Part shown: positions 25,195-34,544 of the stretch, one piece after another | How the letters are laid out: every line of letters begins with the position of its first letter | Numbering within the stretch: the first letter of the stretch is position 1 | Assembly: GCA_902799345.1 (NCBI GenBank) | Contig: CADBZW010000020.1 | Location: forward strand, 50,603-114,602 | Direction of reading: 5' to 3' | Length of the DNA stretch: 64,000 bases | Source: an uncultured Bacteroidia bacterium | GTDB lineage: Bacteria > Bacteroidota > Bacteroidia > Bacteroidales > F082 | Notes under the pieces: model-generated | What the model saw: only the letters and a program-made list of their open reading frames with translations | Database searches by the model: none | What the model was told of the DNA's origin: nothing | Translations under genes and position numbers: made by a program

Positions 25195-25250
25195 AATTCC
25201 AAATTCAAAGATTCAAAATTTAAAGATTTAAATTCAAAAAATTAATGTGG

Positions 25251-25323
25251 GTGCAAAAATAGGCATTTCTTTTTGAAATTGATTGGGAAAGCAGCAAGTA
25301 AACTGAAAATCGTTATTTTTGCG
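25251..25323 (+). repeat. Copy 1 of a ~72-bp intergenic element (copy 2 at 44197-44267) ending in a TAnnTTTG box
   Basis: The sequence is TGCAAAAATAGGCATTTCTTTTTGAAATTGATTGGGAAAGCAGCAAGTAAACTGAAAATCGTTATTTTTGCG. It is roughly 80-85 percent identical by eye to the second copy. Confidence 0.8.
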
Positions 25324-25614
25324 TGGATTTTGGCGAGATAAACCCATCAAACTGAGCAACCGACATTCAAACGGTACGGGAAATGGCTGTCCGACAAAAC
25401 TGCCTATCGGCTCAAGTTTTGGTTTCAAAATCTGCAAAAACCGTTTCAAAATCTGCAATTTTTGCGAATTTTGCAAAAATCTTCGTGGAATGTGCAAAAC
25501 ATTCAGTACATTTTTTTTGAAGCAAAAAGGATGCGGGGAAATGGTTTAATTTTGCGCAATTGTGCTAAACGCAACATAAGGGAACTTTTGAACAATAATC
25601 AAATACAAAAAGCA

Positions 25615-27198
25615 ATGACACAAGAAAACACGAACAAACAGATTACGGACGGAAATTACGACAAATCGCTGGCTGTCAAGTGCAACAATGGCACCTTCGT
25701 CGGCAAGGAAACAGACGAACTGATTATCTGGAAGGGCATCCCCTACGCAACTCAGCCAGTGGGGAAGCTTCGTTGGAAGAAGGCACTTCCTGCCGCAGAC
25801 GGTAACGGCGTGTATGACGCGACAAAGCCCGGCCCTGTTCCCATTGGGCCAGTGAACGACACGATGGGAACGGCGGAGTTCGGCGAGGAATGCCTTGTGC
25901 TGAACATATATTGCAATACCAGCTGCACTGACAGCAAGAAGCCGGTCATGGTGTGGATTCACGGCGGCGGCTTCTGCGCCGAATCCCAAGCGTCGCCTCT
26001 CTACGACCTTACCAGCATCTCCAAGCAGTGCCCCGACATCATATTCGTATCCATCGACTACAGACTCGGCTTCATGGGATTCATGAACTTCGAGCGGGTT
26101 CCCGGCGGAGAGAACTTCAAGGAGGCAGGCAACCTCGGTCTGCTCGACCAGCTTGAAGCCCTCAGATGGGTACAGAAAAACATCGCCGGATTCGGCGGCA
26201 ATCCCGACAACGTGACCATTTTCGGCGAGTCGGCAGGCTCGGCAAGCGTCACGTTCCTCCCGCTCATCGACGGAAGCGAGGGACTCTTCAAGAGAATCAT
26301 CGCCCAGAGCGCCAACATTGCCTATTGCGACACGATGGAGCACGGCATCCACGTCACGCAGAACTTCCTGTCCGTAACGGGCTGCCAGACCATGGACGAG
26401 CTGATGGAACTCACCACCGAGCAGCTTGTAGACGCCTACCTGAAGGCATACACGATCGACAAGAACTGCCTCCTCGGCGGCGCCAACTTCCCACTCCTCG
26501 ACGGCGTCACGTTGCCCGAGGACCGTGCGGACATGTACAAGATGTGGGGAGACGAGAAGCGGGCCAAAATCGATATGATGATTGGGTCCAACCAGGACGA
26601 AATCAGGTACTTCGTTCCGTTTGAGGGCGGCGAAGAAGGCTTCCTCAACACGCTGAGGTGGATCACCAAGCGGGACCGCGCGCTGCTCAACGAGCAGGAG
26701 AAGGGCATGTACGACGAGTTCATGGCAACACTCGCAAACGAAAGCGAGGGAAGCAGGTTGGAGCAATATTGCAACGACCTCAACTTCCGCGCCGGCAACA
26801 CCAATATGGCCATCAGACACGCTGCCGCCGGTGGCAACACCTACATGTACTTCATCAAGAAGCCGGTGATAACCCCCGAGCTGGGTGCGATACACGCTGT
26901 CGAGATTACCTACCTGTTTGACACTTGCACATTAGACCCGATGGGGAGCGAAAAGATCGTCGGTACCGACGAGTGCGAGTTCCGCCACGTCGCAAAGGAG
27001 ATGTGGGCCAACTTCGCCCGGACGGGCAACCCCTCTACCGACAAATACGAGTGGAAGAAGTTCTCGGGGGACGACCGCCAGACGATGGTCTTTGATGACA
27101 CCATCGGCATGCAGAAGGATATCTTCGGAAGGCGGGAAGACCTGATGATGTCCTGGGCAGAGCGCCTGGGGAACGGGTCGTCCAAGAGGGTCTGCTAA
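25615..27198 (+). CDS. Type-B carboxylesterase/lipase (para-nitrobenzyl-esterase-like), cytoplasmic
   Basis: Contains WKGIPYATQPVGKLRW, the oxyanion region VMVWIHGGGF, and the nucleophile elbow FGESAGSASV. The start is refined to MTQENTNKQ at 25615. Confidence 0.9.
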   Translation: MTQENTNKQITDGNYDKSLAVKCNNGTFVGKETDELIIWKGIPYATQPVGKLRWKKALPAADGNGVYDATKPGPVPIGPVNDTMGTAEFGEECLVLNIYCNTSCTDSKKPVMVWIHGGGFCAESQASPLYDLTSISKQCPDIIFVSIDYRLGFMGFMNFERVPGGENFKEAGNLGLLDQLEALRWVQKNIAGFGGNPDNVTIFGESAGSASVTFLPLIDGSEGLFKRIIAQSANIAYCDTMEHGIHVTQNFLSVTGCQTMDELMELTTEQLVDAYLKAYTIDKNCLLGGANFPLLDGVTLPEDRADMYKMWGDEKRAKIDMMIGSNQDEIRYFVPFEGGEEGFLNTLRWITKRDRALLNEQEKGMYDEFMATLANESEGSRLEQYCNDLNFRAGNTNMAIRHAAAGGNTYMYFIKKPVITPELGAIHAVEITYLFDTCTLDPMGSEKIVGTDECEFRHVAKEMWANFARTGNPSTDKYEWKKFSGDDRQTMVFDDTIGMQKDIFGRREDLMMSWAERLGNGSSKRVC

Positions 27199-27210
27199 TC
27201 AATAATGTTA

Positions 27211-27234
27211 GTAGGTGGGCACATGCCCACCTAC
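27211..27234 (+). terminator. Perfect 10-bp hairpin after the esterase gene (weak U-tract)
   Basis: The sequence is GTAGGTGGGC-acat-GCCCACCTAC. Confidence 0.4.
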
Positions 27235-27252
27235 TTATAAACAATTGTAAAC

Positions 27253-29289
27253 ATGAAAAGATTCTTATTAATCCTCTGCCTCGTCGCTGCCACATTCGGT
27301 AGCTTGATGGCTGGCCCTGTTGACCAACAGAAGGCCGAAAAACTGGGTGCCAAGTTCATGGGCACCACTTCAATCGCACAGAAAAACGCTGACATCCAAC
27401 TGCAATTAGTCAGCACAGCCACCGACCGCGATGCTGTTGACTATTACGTCTTTAACGTCGCTAATGGCGAAGGCTTCGTCGTCGTGGCGGCTGACGACCG
27501 TGTGAAGCCCATCCTTGCGTACTCCACAAGTGGTTATTTCAACCCCAATGATGTGGCTGACGGCTTCGAGTTCACCCTTTCCAGTTTCCAACAGGAAATC
27601 CAATATGTGCGCAACCACAACATAGAAGCCACGCCCGACATCATCGCCGAATGGAAGTCGGTGGGCGAGAGTGGCCAAATCACCCCAGGTCGCAATGCCC
27701 GCGCCGTGACTGAACCTATGTGCAAGACCTTGTGGAACCAAAACTACCCTTGGAACAGCCAATGCCCCGCCGACACCGCTGGCCCTGGGGGTCACGTGTA
27801 TTCGGGCTGCGTCTCCGCTGCCATGGGTCAAATCATGAAGTATTGGGAATGGCCGGCACAAGGCACGGGTTCCCATTCCTATACCCCCGAAGGCTACGAG
27901 GAGCAGACTGCCAACTTTGGCGAAACGGAGTACCACTTCGAGCGTATGCCTCTGACCATCGATTCCACTAGCACCGACGACCAAGTGTTTGATATTGCCC
28001 AACTGCTTCACCATATTGGCGTTGCCGTCGAAATGATCTATAGCGGTAATGGAAGCGCCGCCAACTCTTTCGGCGTTCCTGTTGCTTTTACCGACTATTT
28101 CAGATACAGTTGCGACACACTCATCATCAACCTTTACGGCCTCATCCCTGATATGGGTTACACCAACGAAGAATGGATTCAAATGCTGAAAGACGGTGGC
28201 TTGGACGAAGGCCTCCCGTTGTTCTACACGGGTTCCGATGTCAATGGCGCTGGCGCTCACGCCTTTGTGTGCGATGGCTACGACGAGAATGACTACTTCC
28301 ATTTTAATTGGGGCTGGAGTGGCAAAGACAACGCATGGTGCACTATCGGAGCACTCAATACCACCACATACGCCTTCAACAGGGGAAATGCCTTCGTTGG
28401 GCACATCCGCCCGCAAGAGGAAGCTTTCCTTCGTCCTGAAAAAGTTGCCAACTTCCAAGCCGCAGAAAACAACTCCTTTAACGGTGTCCACCTTACTTGG
28501 AACAACCCCACCACCGACCTCAACGGCAACGCGCTGACAGGGGCCATCACCGTCACCATCATGCGCAACTTCGAGGAAATCGCCGTCCTGACCAATGCGC
28601 AACCCGGTGCCTCTATGGAATACGACGATAACAGTCTCGTCCCTGGCCTCTACGAATACGAAATCTTCGTCAGCAACGAAGCCGGCATCAGCCGCACGAA
28701 ATACGCCTCTTTGCTGGTTGGCGAGAAATGTGACCTCGGCTTCCAACTCCGCGACGCGGGTGGCGACGGATGGAAAGGTGCCTCCATCAGCGTCACCGAC
28801 CAAAACGGGCAACGCATTGCTATCATCACCATGAAAGAAGGCGCTGAACAAACCCTCACCCTCCCGCTGCTGAAAGGCAATCTCAACTTCATTTGGAACT
28901 CTGGCTGGTATCACGACAAAGAGCAATATGACACCGACGGTGAATGTTCCTTCACCATCCTCGACAGCCAAGGTGAGGAACTGTTCAACTCCTCTGTCCT
29001 TTCCCCTGGTATCTTCTTCACTTACCAGAACAATTGCGACTATGCCGTTGAAGAAGACCTTGCCTCGAAACCGCTCGTATATCCCAACCCTACCAATGGT
29101 TTGCTTTATGTTGATGGTGAAGGCACGATGTGCGTCAGCGTCATCAACAGTTTGGGCCAAACTATCATGGAAACCACTGTTGAAGGCAATGCCACCCTCG
29201 ACCTGAACCGCTTCGGTTCGGGCATGTACTTCGTCCGCTTCGAGACCGAAAACGGAGTCACATTACAGAAAATCAATCTGATAAAGTAA
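27253..29289 (+). CDS. C10-family (streptopain-like) cysteine peptidase with T9SS C-terminal sorting domain
   Basis: A signal peptide is followed by a propeptide/inhibitor-like N-terminus. The catalytic Cys context is SGCVSAAMGQIMKYWEWP and the His context is GAHAFVCDGYDENDYFHFNWGWSG. The C-terminal domain is LVYPNPTNGLLYV...VSVINSLGQTI...GMYFVRF. Confidence 0.85.
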   Translation: MKRFLLILCLVAATFGSLMAGPVDQQKAEKLGAKFMGTTSIAQKNADIQLQLVSTATDRDAVDYYVFNVANGEGFVVVAADDRVKPILAYSTSGYFNPNDVADGFEFTLSSFQQEIQYVRNHNIEATPDIIAEWKSVGESGQITPGRNARAVTEPMCKTLWNQNYPWNSQCPADTAGPGGHVYSGCVSAAMGQIMKYWEWPAQGTGSHSYTPEGYEEQTANFGETEYHFERMPLTIDSTSTDDQVFDIAQLLHHIGVAVEMIYSGNGSAANSFGVPVAFTDYFRYSCDTLIINLYGLIPDMGYTNEEWIQMLKDGGLDEGLPLFYTGSDVNGAGAHAFVCDGYDENDYFHFNWGWSGKDNAWCTIGALNTTTYAFNRGNAFVGHIRPQEEAFLRPEKVANFQAAENNSFNGVHLTWNNPTTDLNGNALTGAITVTIMRNFEEIAVLTNAQPGASMEYDDNSLVPGLYEYEIFVSNEAGISRTKYASLLVGEKCDLGFQLRDAGGDGWKGASISVTDQNGQRIAIITMKEGAEQTLTLPLLKGNLNFIWNSGWYHDKEQYDTDGECSFTILDSQGEELFNSSVLSPGIFFTYQNNCDYAVEEDLASKPLVYPNPTNGLLYVDGEGTMCVSVINSLGQTIMETTVEGNATLDLNRFGSGMYFVRFETENGVTLQKINLIK

Positions 29290-29309
29290 ATGTATAAAAA
29301 TACACCATC

Positions 29310-30152
29310 ATGAAAACCCTAATGAAACATAGTCTGCTGGCCCTGTGGCTGAGCCTATTCTGCATGGTGGCATTTGCCTCATGCAAGACAAACAATGCTG
29401 GAGAACAGCCCACCATAGAACGGATTACCGAACGTGGCACGTTGCTGGTGGGAACCACGGGCGACTATCGCCCGCTGTCCTACAAGGAAAGTGACGGCGA
29501 ATACTGGGGCTTCAGCATCGATATGGCCGGAAAGATAGCTGACCAGCTGAATGTGGGCATCGAGTTCGTACAGACCTCGTGGCCCACGTTGTCTGCCGAC
29601 GTGCAAGCCAACCCGCAGACCTTCGACCTCGCCATCGGAGGCATCACCATCACCGAAGCCCGCAAAGAAACCATGCTGATGAGTGACGGCTACTTAGCCA
29701 ACGGCAAGACGATTCTCTGTCGCTCTGCTGATGCCGACACATACCAGTCGCTGGCAGACATCGACAAGCCCGAGGTGCGCGTGATGGTGAACCCTGGCGG
29801 ACTGAACGAGAAGTTTGCCAACGAGAACCTCACCCAGGCCACCATCATCGTGTGGCCGAGGAACGAGGAAATCCCCTCAAAGGTGGCTGAAGGCGATGCC
29901 GACGTGATGATCACTGAAATCACCGAGGCCCCGTGGTACGTGCAGAACGACCCGCGCCTTGCCGCTCCGTTGCTCGCCACGCCCTTCACCCACGGCGAGA
30001 TTGGCGTACTGATGCGCAAGGGGCAGGACGACCTCCTCAACCTCGTCAATGCTCTTATCGCCCAGATGAAGGCCGACGGCACATTACGCGAACTGCATGA
30101 AAGGTACGGGCTGGTGTATGAATATGGGCAAAGGAAAAATAACAAGTATTAA
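29310..30152 (+). CDS. Family-3 solute-binding protein lipoprotein (amino-acid-binding or cyclohexadienyl-dehydratase-like fold)
   Basis: The lipobox is MVAFASC. Also present are LLVGTTGDYRPLSY...FSIDMAGKIADQL...DLAIGGITITEARKE. No cognate permease or ATPase lies nearby. Confidence 0.75.
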   Translation: MKTLMKHSLLALWLSLFCMVAFASCKTNNAGEQPTIERITERGTLLVGTTGDYRPLSYKESDGEYWGFSIDMAGKIADQLNVGIEFVQTSWPTLSADVQANPQTFDLAIGGITITEARKETMLMSDGYLANGKTILCRSADADTYQSLADIDKPEVRVMVNPGGLNEKFANENLTQATIIVWPRNEEIPSKVAEGDADVMITEITEAPWYVQNDPRLAAPLLATPFTHGEIGVLMRKGQDDLLNLVNALIAQMKADGTLRELHERYGLVYEYGQRKNNKY

Positions 30153-30191
30153 CATATTAAAAATAACTAATAATGAAATGAGAACAAAACA

Positions 30192-31841
30192 ATGAGTGAA
30201 AAGAAAAGAGAATTCAAGGATTTGGCCATTTACGATCCGTACGAGTATTTGAACAGCGAAATCACAGGAGACTACGACAAGGCCCATGCCGTGAAATGCG
30301 TGAACGGCACTTTCGTAGGAACCGAGGAGAACGGGGTCGCGTCGTGGCTGGGTATCCCCTACGCGAAGGCGCCCGTGGGCGAGCGCCGCTTCAAGGCGCC
30401 TGAATACGTGGATGCCAGTGATTGTGTTTTCGAGGCCAAGTACTACGGAAAGTGTTCTTTCGGCGCAGCCTACCCGGATTGCATACAAAAGCTGCTCTCC
30501 GAGGACTGCCTCTACCTAAACATCTGGGTCAATGCCGACGACAAGACCGAGAAGAAGCCGGTGATGGTCTGGATCCACGGCGGGGCGTATGTCGCCGGAT
30601 CGGGATCGCAGGCCTCATACAGCGGAGCCAACCTCGTCCAGAAGCAAAGTGACATCATTCTGGTGAACATCAACTACCGCCTGAACATGTACGGCTTCAT
30701 GGACTTCTCGTCGGTGCCCGGCGGCGAAAACTTCAAGACGGCACCCTGCAACGGTCTGCTCGACCAGGCTATGGCACTCAGGTGGGTGCACGAGAACATC
30801 GCCGCTTTTGGCGGCGACCCCGACAACGTGACCATCTTCGGGCAAAGCGCCGGCGGCGGCTCGGTCTCCATTCTGCCAGTCATGAAGGAGGCGAACCAGT
30901 ATTTCCAAAAGGTCATCGCCCAGAGCGGCTCGACCACCTTGGCTTTCCCGGTCGACTGCGAAGCCGCGCAGGGCAAGACCAAGGCGCTGCTCGATTACAC
31001 TGGCTGCAAGACCATGGACGACATCATGGCGCTGACCGAAGAGGAACTTCAGAAGGCGTATGTCGAAGCGGTCGGCAAGTTCACGTCCTGTCCCTACTAC
31101 GGAACAGAGGTGCTTCCCGAGGCGCCCATCGAGCTATACAAGAAGGGCTACGCAAAGCATATATCTATCATGGCAGGTAGCACGGCTGACGAGGCAAGGC
31201 TGTTCATGGGCGAGGGCCCGTGTCTGAACATGGGGGAGCAAAAGTTGTTCGCCCAGCGCGCCGTGGGCGATGCAGCCCATTTTCTAAAGGAAGAGGACAA
31301 GAAGTATTACGAGGAATTCTGGCGGGTCTGCAGGTCACAAGAACCGGGACTTATCGAGACGGAGTTCATCAATGAGCTTATGTTCAGGGTCCCCATGCTC
31401 CAGCAGCTGGACGTGCAGAGTGCGTTCAACAAGACGTTCTGCTACTACTGGTCTTACCCGGGCAGCAACGCGGAGGTAGGTGCAGCACATTCCGTGGAAC
31501 TCATATTCGTGTTCGACATTCGCTGCCTCGGGACGAGCAGCACTTTCAATGGCACGAACATCTCCGAGGAGATCTACGCGGCCGTTCAGCAGATGTGGAC
31601 TAATTTCGCACGCTGTGGCAACCCGTCGACAGAAAAGGTCGAATGGAAGGCATACTCAGCCGATGACCCGAATATCTTGGACATCGCCGGGCCAGGTGAC
31701 ATACGTATCAAGAAGGGCCTTTTGGCTGACCAGTACAAGGCCGTAACCCCCTTGGTTGGCTACTACCAGTTCATGGACAAATTCTTCACACCCGGCTACC
31801 TTTTGGATATCCTCGCCGCACGCAAATCAAAACAACAATAA
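30192..31841 (+). CDS. Type-B carboxylesterase/lipase, second copy
   Basis: Contains WLGIPYAKAPVGERRF, VMVWIHGGAY, and the nucleophile elbow FGQSAGGGSV. Confidence 0.9.
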   Translation: MSEKKREFKDLAIYDPYEYLNSEITGDYDKAHAVKCVNGTFVGTEENGVASWLGIPYAKAPVGERRFKAPEYVDASDCVFEAKYYGKCSFGAAYPDCIQKLLSEDCLYLNIWVNADDKTEKKPVMVWIHGGAYVAGSGSQASYSGANLVQKQSDIILVNINYRLNMYGFMDFSSVPGGENFKTAPCNGLLDQAMALRWVHENIAAFGGDPDNVTIFGQSAGGGSVSILPVMKEANQYFQKVIAQSGSTTLAFPVDCEAAQGKTKALLDYTGCKTMDDIMALTEEELQKAYVEAVGKFTSCPYYGTEVLPEAPIELYKKGYAKHISIMAGSTADEARLFMGEGPCLNMGEQKLFAQRAVGDAAHFLKEEDKKYYEEFWRVCRSQEPGLIETEFINELMFRVPMLQQLDVQSAFNKTFCYYWSYPGSNAEVGAAHSVELIFVFDIRCLGTSSTFNGTNISEEIYAAVQQMWTNFARCGNPSTEKVEWKAYSADDPNILDIAGPGDIRIKKGLLADQYKAVTPLVGYYQFMDKFFTPGYLLDILAARKSKQQ

Positions 31842-31872
31842 AATCGAACAATAACAATAAAATCGAACAATC

Positions 31873-33525
31873 ATGAAAGCAGATAAAATCATCAAAAACG
31901 CAAAAATCTTCACTTCAGACTTGAACAATCCACAGGCGACAGCCTTAGTGGTCAAAGACGGAAAATTTGTCTATGTGGGCGACGAGGCTGGCCTCGCAGC
32001 TTATGAGGGCGAAGTCACCGACATGGGCGGGAAGTTCATCATGCCTGGCATCTTTGACAGCCACGTGCACGTAACGCTGCCTGTAGGCTTCGCTTATGCC
32101 CCGGAGAGCGAACGCTTTGCCTGCAACGGCAAGCAGGAAGCCCTAGACTATATGGCCGACTATATTGGCAAGCATCCCGGCCAACAGTGCTATCGCTTCA
32201 TCCTGGAGAAAAAGTTCTTGAATGGCGAGAACCTCACCAAAGAAGATTTGGACGCCATCTGCCCTGACGCGGAGCTACAGATCCAGGAAGGGGAGTTCCA
32301 CAGCGTTTGGGTGAACTCCCGGGTACTGGAACGCCATGGCATTACCGACGAAACGCCGGATCCCGTTCCGGGGCTGAGCGTGTATGAGCGCAAGAACGGG
32401 AAGCTGACCGGCTACATCATTGAAGGCTCTGCGGAGGTGCGCATCGTCCTGGACGGTTCCATGGACCTCAGCGACGAGCAGATTGACGCCGCGCTCCAGT
32501 CCTGGATTGACTTCTCTGTCCGCAACGGCGTGTCGGCGGTGTTCGATGCCGGCATTCCCGGCTTCCCGGAGTTCCACGAAAAGGTGTACCAACGCCTGAA
32601 AGAGATGGACAAGCAGGGCAAACTGCCGGTCTATATTGACGGCTGCTATGTGATTGCCGCCAACTGGCAGGCGGAGGAAGGCCTCAGGGAACTCAAGCGT
32701 TTACGGCAGGAATTTGATACGGAGCACCTCAAGGTCCATACGATGAAGATTTTCATGGACGGCACCCAGAAGATTCACACCGCCGCCATGGTGACGCCAT
32801 ACGTGGATGTCGATGAGATGGGAGCCACCGCCTTCAACAAGGAGGACCTCGCCACCCTGATGGTCAAACTCAACGAGGAAGGTTTGGACCTTCACATGCA
32901 CACCGTAGGCTCCGCAGCCTCCCGCGTGGCGCTTGACGCCGTGGAGCTGGCCCGGAAGGAAGTGGGCGACAAGTTCCGCATGCGGGTCACCTGCGCCCAC
33001 TTGGAAGTGCAGGACGACGCGGATTTGGACCGCTTTGCCAAACTGGGCGTGATCGCGAACTTTACGCCCTGGTGGCATTCTGGTGACTACAGGCTATGGG
33101 CTTCCTGGCTGGGTGAGCCGCGGGCCCGCAAGCTGTTCCGCTGCAAGACGCTTTGGGACAGCGGCGCCCTGGTGACCTGGTCCTGCGACAACGTGGTCTT
33201 TGCTTTTGATCTCTGGAATCCCTATCTGGGTATGGAAGTGGGCATGACCCGCCATATCACGGAAAAGACCAATGCTCCTGATTTCACCAGAAGTGCCGAG
33301 GTACTTCCGCCCGAGGACGAGAGAATGAGCATTGAACAGATGCTCTTGGGCTACACCATCAACGGTGCCAAACAGCTGGGCATTGAGGCCACCAAAGGCT
33401 CCATCACGGCTGGAAAGGACGCAGATTTCTTGGTGTTCGACAACGACCTCCTCACGGCAGAACACGAGGGCTTCAGCCGTAACATGCCGAAGGAAGTGTA
33501 TTTCAGTGGAAAGAAAATGAAATGA
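31873..33525 (+). CDS. Amidohydrolase-family metallohydrolase (Amidohydro_3 / YtcJ-like), copy 1
   Basis: Contains MPGIFDSHVHV (HxH metal site) and a TIM-barrel-length body. The C-terminal GKDADFLVFDNDLL is typical of this family. Confidence 0.85.
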   Translation: MKADKIIKNAKIFTSDLNNPQATALVVKDGKFVYVGDEAGLAAYEGEVTDMGGKFIMPGIFDSHVHVTLPVGFAYAPESERFACNGKQEALDYMADYIGKHPGQQCYRFILEKKFLNGENLTKEDLDAICPDAELQIQEGEFHSVWVNSRVLERHGITDETPDPVPGLSVYERKNGKLTGYIIEGSAEVRIVLDGSMDLSDEQIDAALQSWIDFSVRNGVSAVFDAGIPGFPEFHEKVYQRLKEMDKQGKLPVYIDGCYVIAANWQAEEGLRELKRLRQEFDTEHLKVHTMKIFMDGTQKIHTAAMVTPYVDVDEMGATAFNKEDLATLMVKLNEEGLDLHMHTVGSAASRVALDAVELARKEVGDKFRMRVTCAHLEVQDDADLDRFAKLGVIANFTPWWHSGDYRLWASWLGEPRARKLFRCKTLWDSGALVTWSCDNVVFAFDLWNPYLGMEVGMTRHITEKTNAPDFTRSAEVLPPEDERMSIEQMLLGYTINGAKQLGIEATKGSITAGKDADFLVFDNDLLTAEHEGFSRNMPKEVYFSGKKMK

Positions 33526-33557
33526 ACAAATAAGCCTAATTAAAAGACTATCAAACA

Positions 33558-34517
33558 ATGAACAAAAATAATCCCATCGACTATTCCCAAAAAGCCAACT
33601 GGTACCAGATTCCAGAAATCACCAAGGAATTCGACACATTCTACGTTTATGCAACCGAGTACATCATGGGCAGCATGGAAGAAGGCGCTCCCGATTACGC
33701 GGACTTGGACAACGCCGAAATGTTGGAGGGAGCTGCGGGCGAATACTTGCTGCACGCAACCGCTTACGCGGACTCAACTAACGTGTTCATGCCGTACTAC
33801 CGCCAAGTGGGCTTGCGGTATGCAGGAGTGGTTTGGAAGAGAGACGGAATCTTTGACGCAGCCATTGCAGATATGCCGTATGGCGACATCGTAGCCGCGC
33901 TGGACTACTACTTCGAACATTACAACAACGGCCGCCCATTCATCATTGCCGGCCACAGCCAAGGCTCAGCCATTGTCAAAATGGTGCTCAAACACTACTT
34001 CGCGGAGCATCCCGATTACTACAAGCGCATGATCGCCGCCTACCCTATTGGGTACGCTTTCACCAAGGACGAGTTCAAGGCCTACCCGCACATGAAGTTT
34101 GCGACAGGCGAGTGTGACACGGGCGTCATCATCACCTGGAACACCGAAGGTCCCAAGAACAGGGAGGTGAATGCCAATACCTGCGTGTTGCAACCGGGTT
34201 CCATGAGCATCAACCCGCTCAACTGGAAACTAGACGACACTTACGCTCCAGCCAGCATGAACCTGGGTTCGCTCTTCCTGAACGAGAAAACCGGCGAGGT
34301 GGAGATGGGGGACATTGGCGCTGACGCGCAGGTATTCCCCGACCGAGGCGTGGTGGTGACGCATGCCAAGGGAGAGAAAATGACGGAAGAGAAGGCTGCG
34401 GTAGCCACGGCATTCTTTGGCCCTGACGGCCGCCATGGCGAGGATTACGCGCTCTTCTACAACAACATCAAAGACAACGTAGCAAAGCGCATTGCAGCCT
34501 ATAAGGCGAGCCGGTAG
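33558..34517 (+). CDS. Alpha/beta hydrolase, DUF3089-like (lipase-like)
   Basis: Contains FDTFYVYATEYI, VFMPYYRQVGL, and the nucleophile elbow IIAGHSQGSAIV. Confidence 0.7.
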   Translation: MNKNNPIDYSQKANWYQIPEITKEFDTFYVYATEYIMGSMEEGAPDYADLDNAEMLEGAAGEYLLHATAYADSTNVFMPYYRQVGLRYAGVVWKRDGIFDAAIADMPYGDIVAALDYYFEHYNNGRPFIIAGHSQGSAIVKMVLKHYFAEHPDYYKRMIAAYPIGYAFTKDEFKAYPHMKFATGECDTGVIITWNTEGPKNREVNANTCVLQPGSMSINPLNWKLDDTYAPASMNLGSLFLNEKTGEVEMGDIGADAQVFPDRGVVVTHAKGEKMTEEKAAVATAFFGPDGRHGEDYALFYNNIKDNVAKRIAAYKASR

Positions 34518-34544
34518 AAACAGGTTTAACAAAGGATAACAAAC

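Noticed and set aside
25234-25549. 87-aa (minus) and 76-aa (plus) ORFs in the rbfA-esterase spacer.
   Set aside because: They are built from the repeat words of the spacer (F/K/Q/I/L-rich). No start context or motifs are present. The region is treated as regulatory or non-coding instead.
25546-29160. 449-aa and 584-aa minus-strand ORFs opposite the carboxylesterase and C10 peptidase genes. Similar cases lie at 34668-35573, 36305-37264 and 37682-38194.
   Set aside because: They are antisense to genes with catalytic motifs (GESAG, Cys/His dyad, HxH, MATE helices). They have low-complexity, stop-free GC-rich frames only.
29310-30152. Calling the solute-binding protein part of a complete ABC importer.
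   Set aside because: No permease or ATPase gene is adjacent. The only transporter in the operon is a MATE exporter, so only the fold family is reported.
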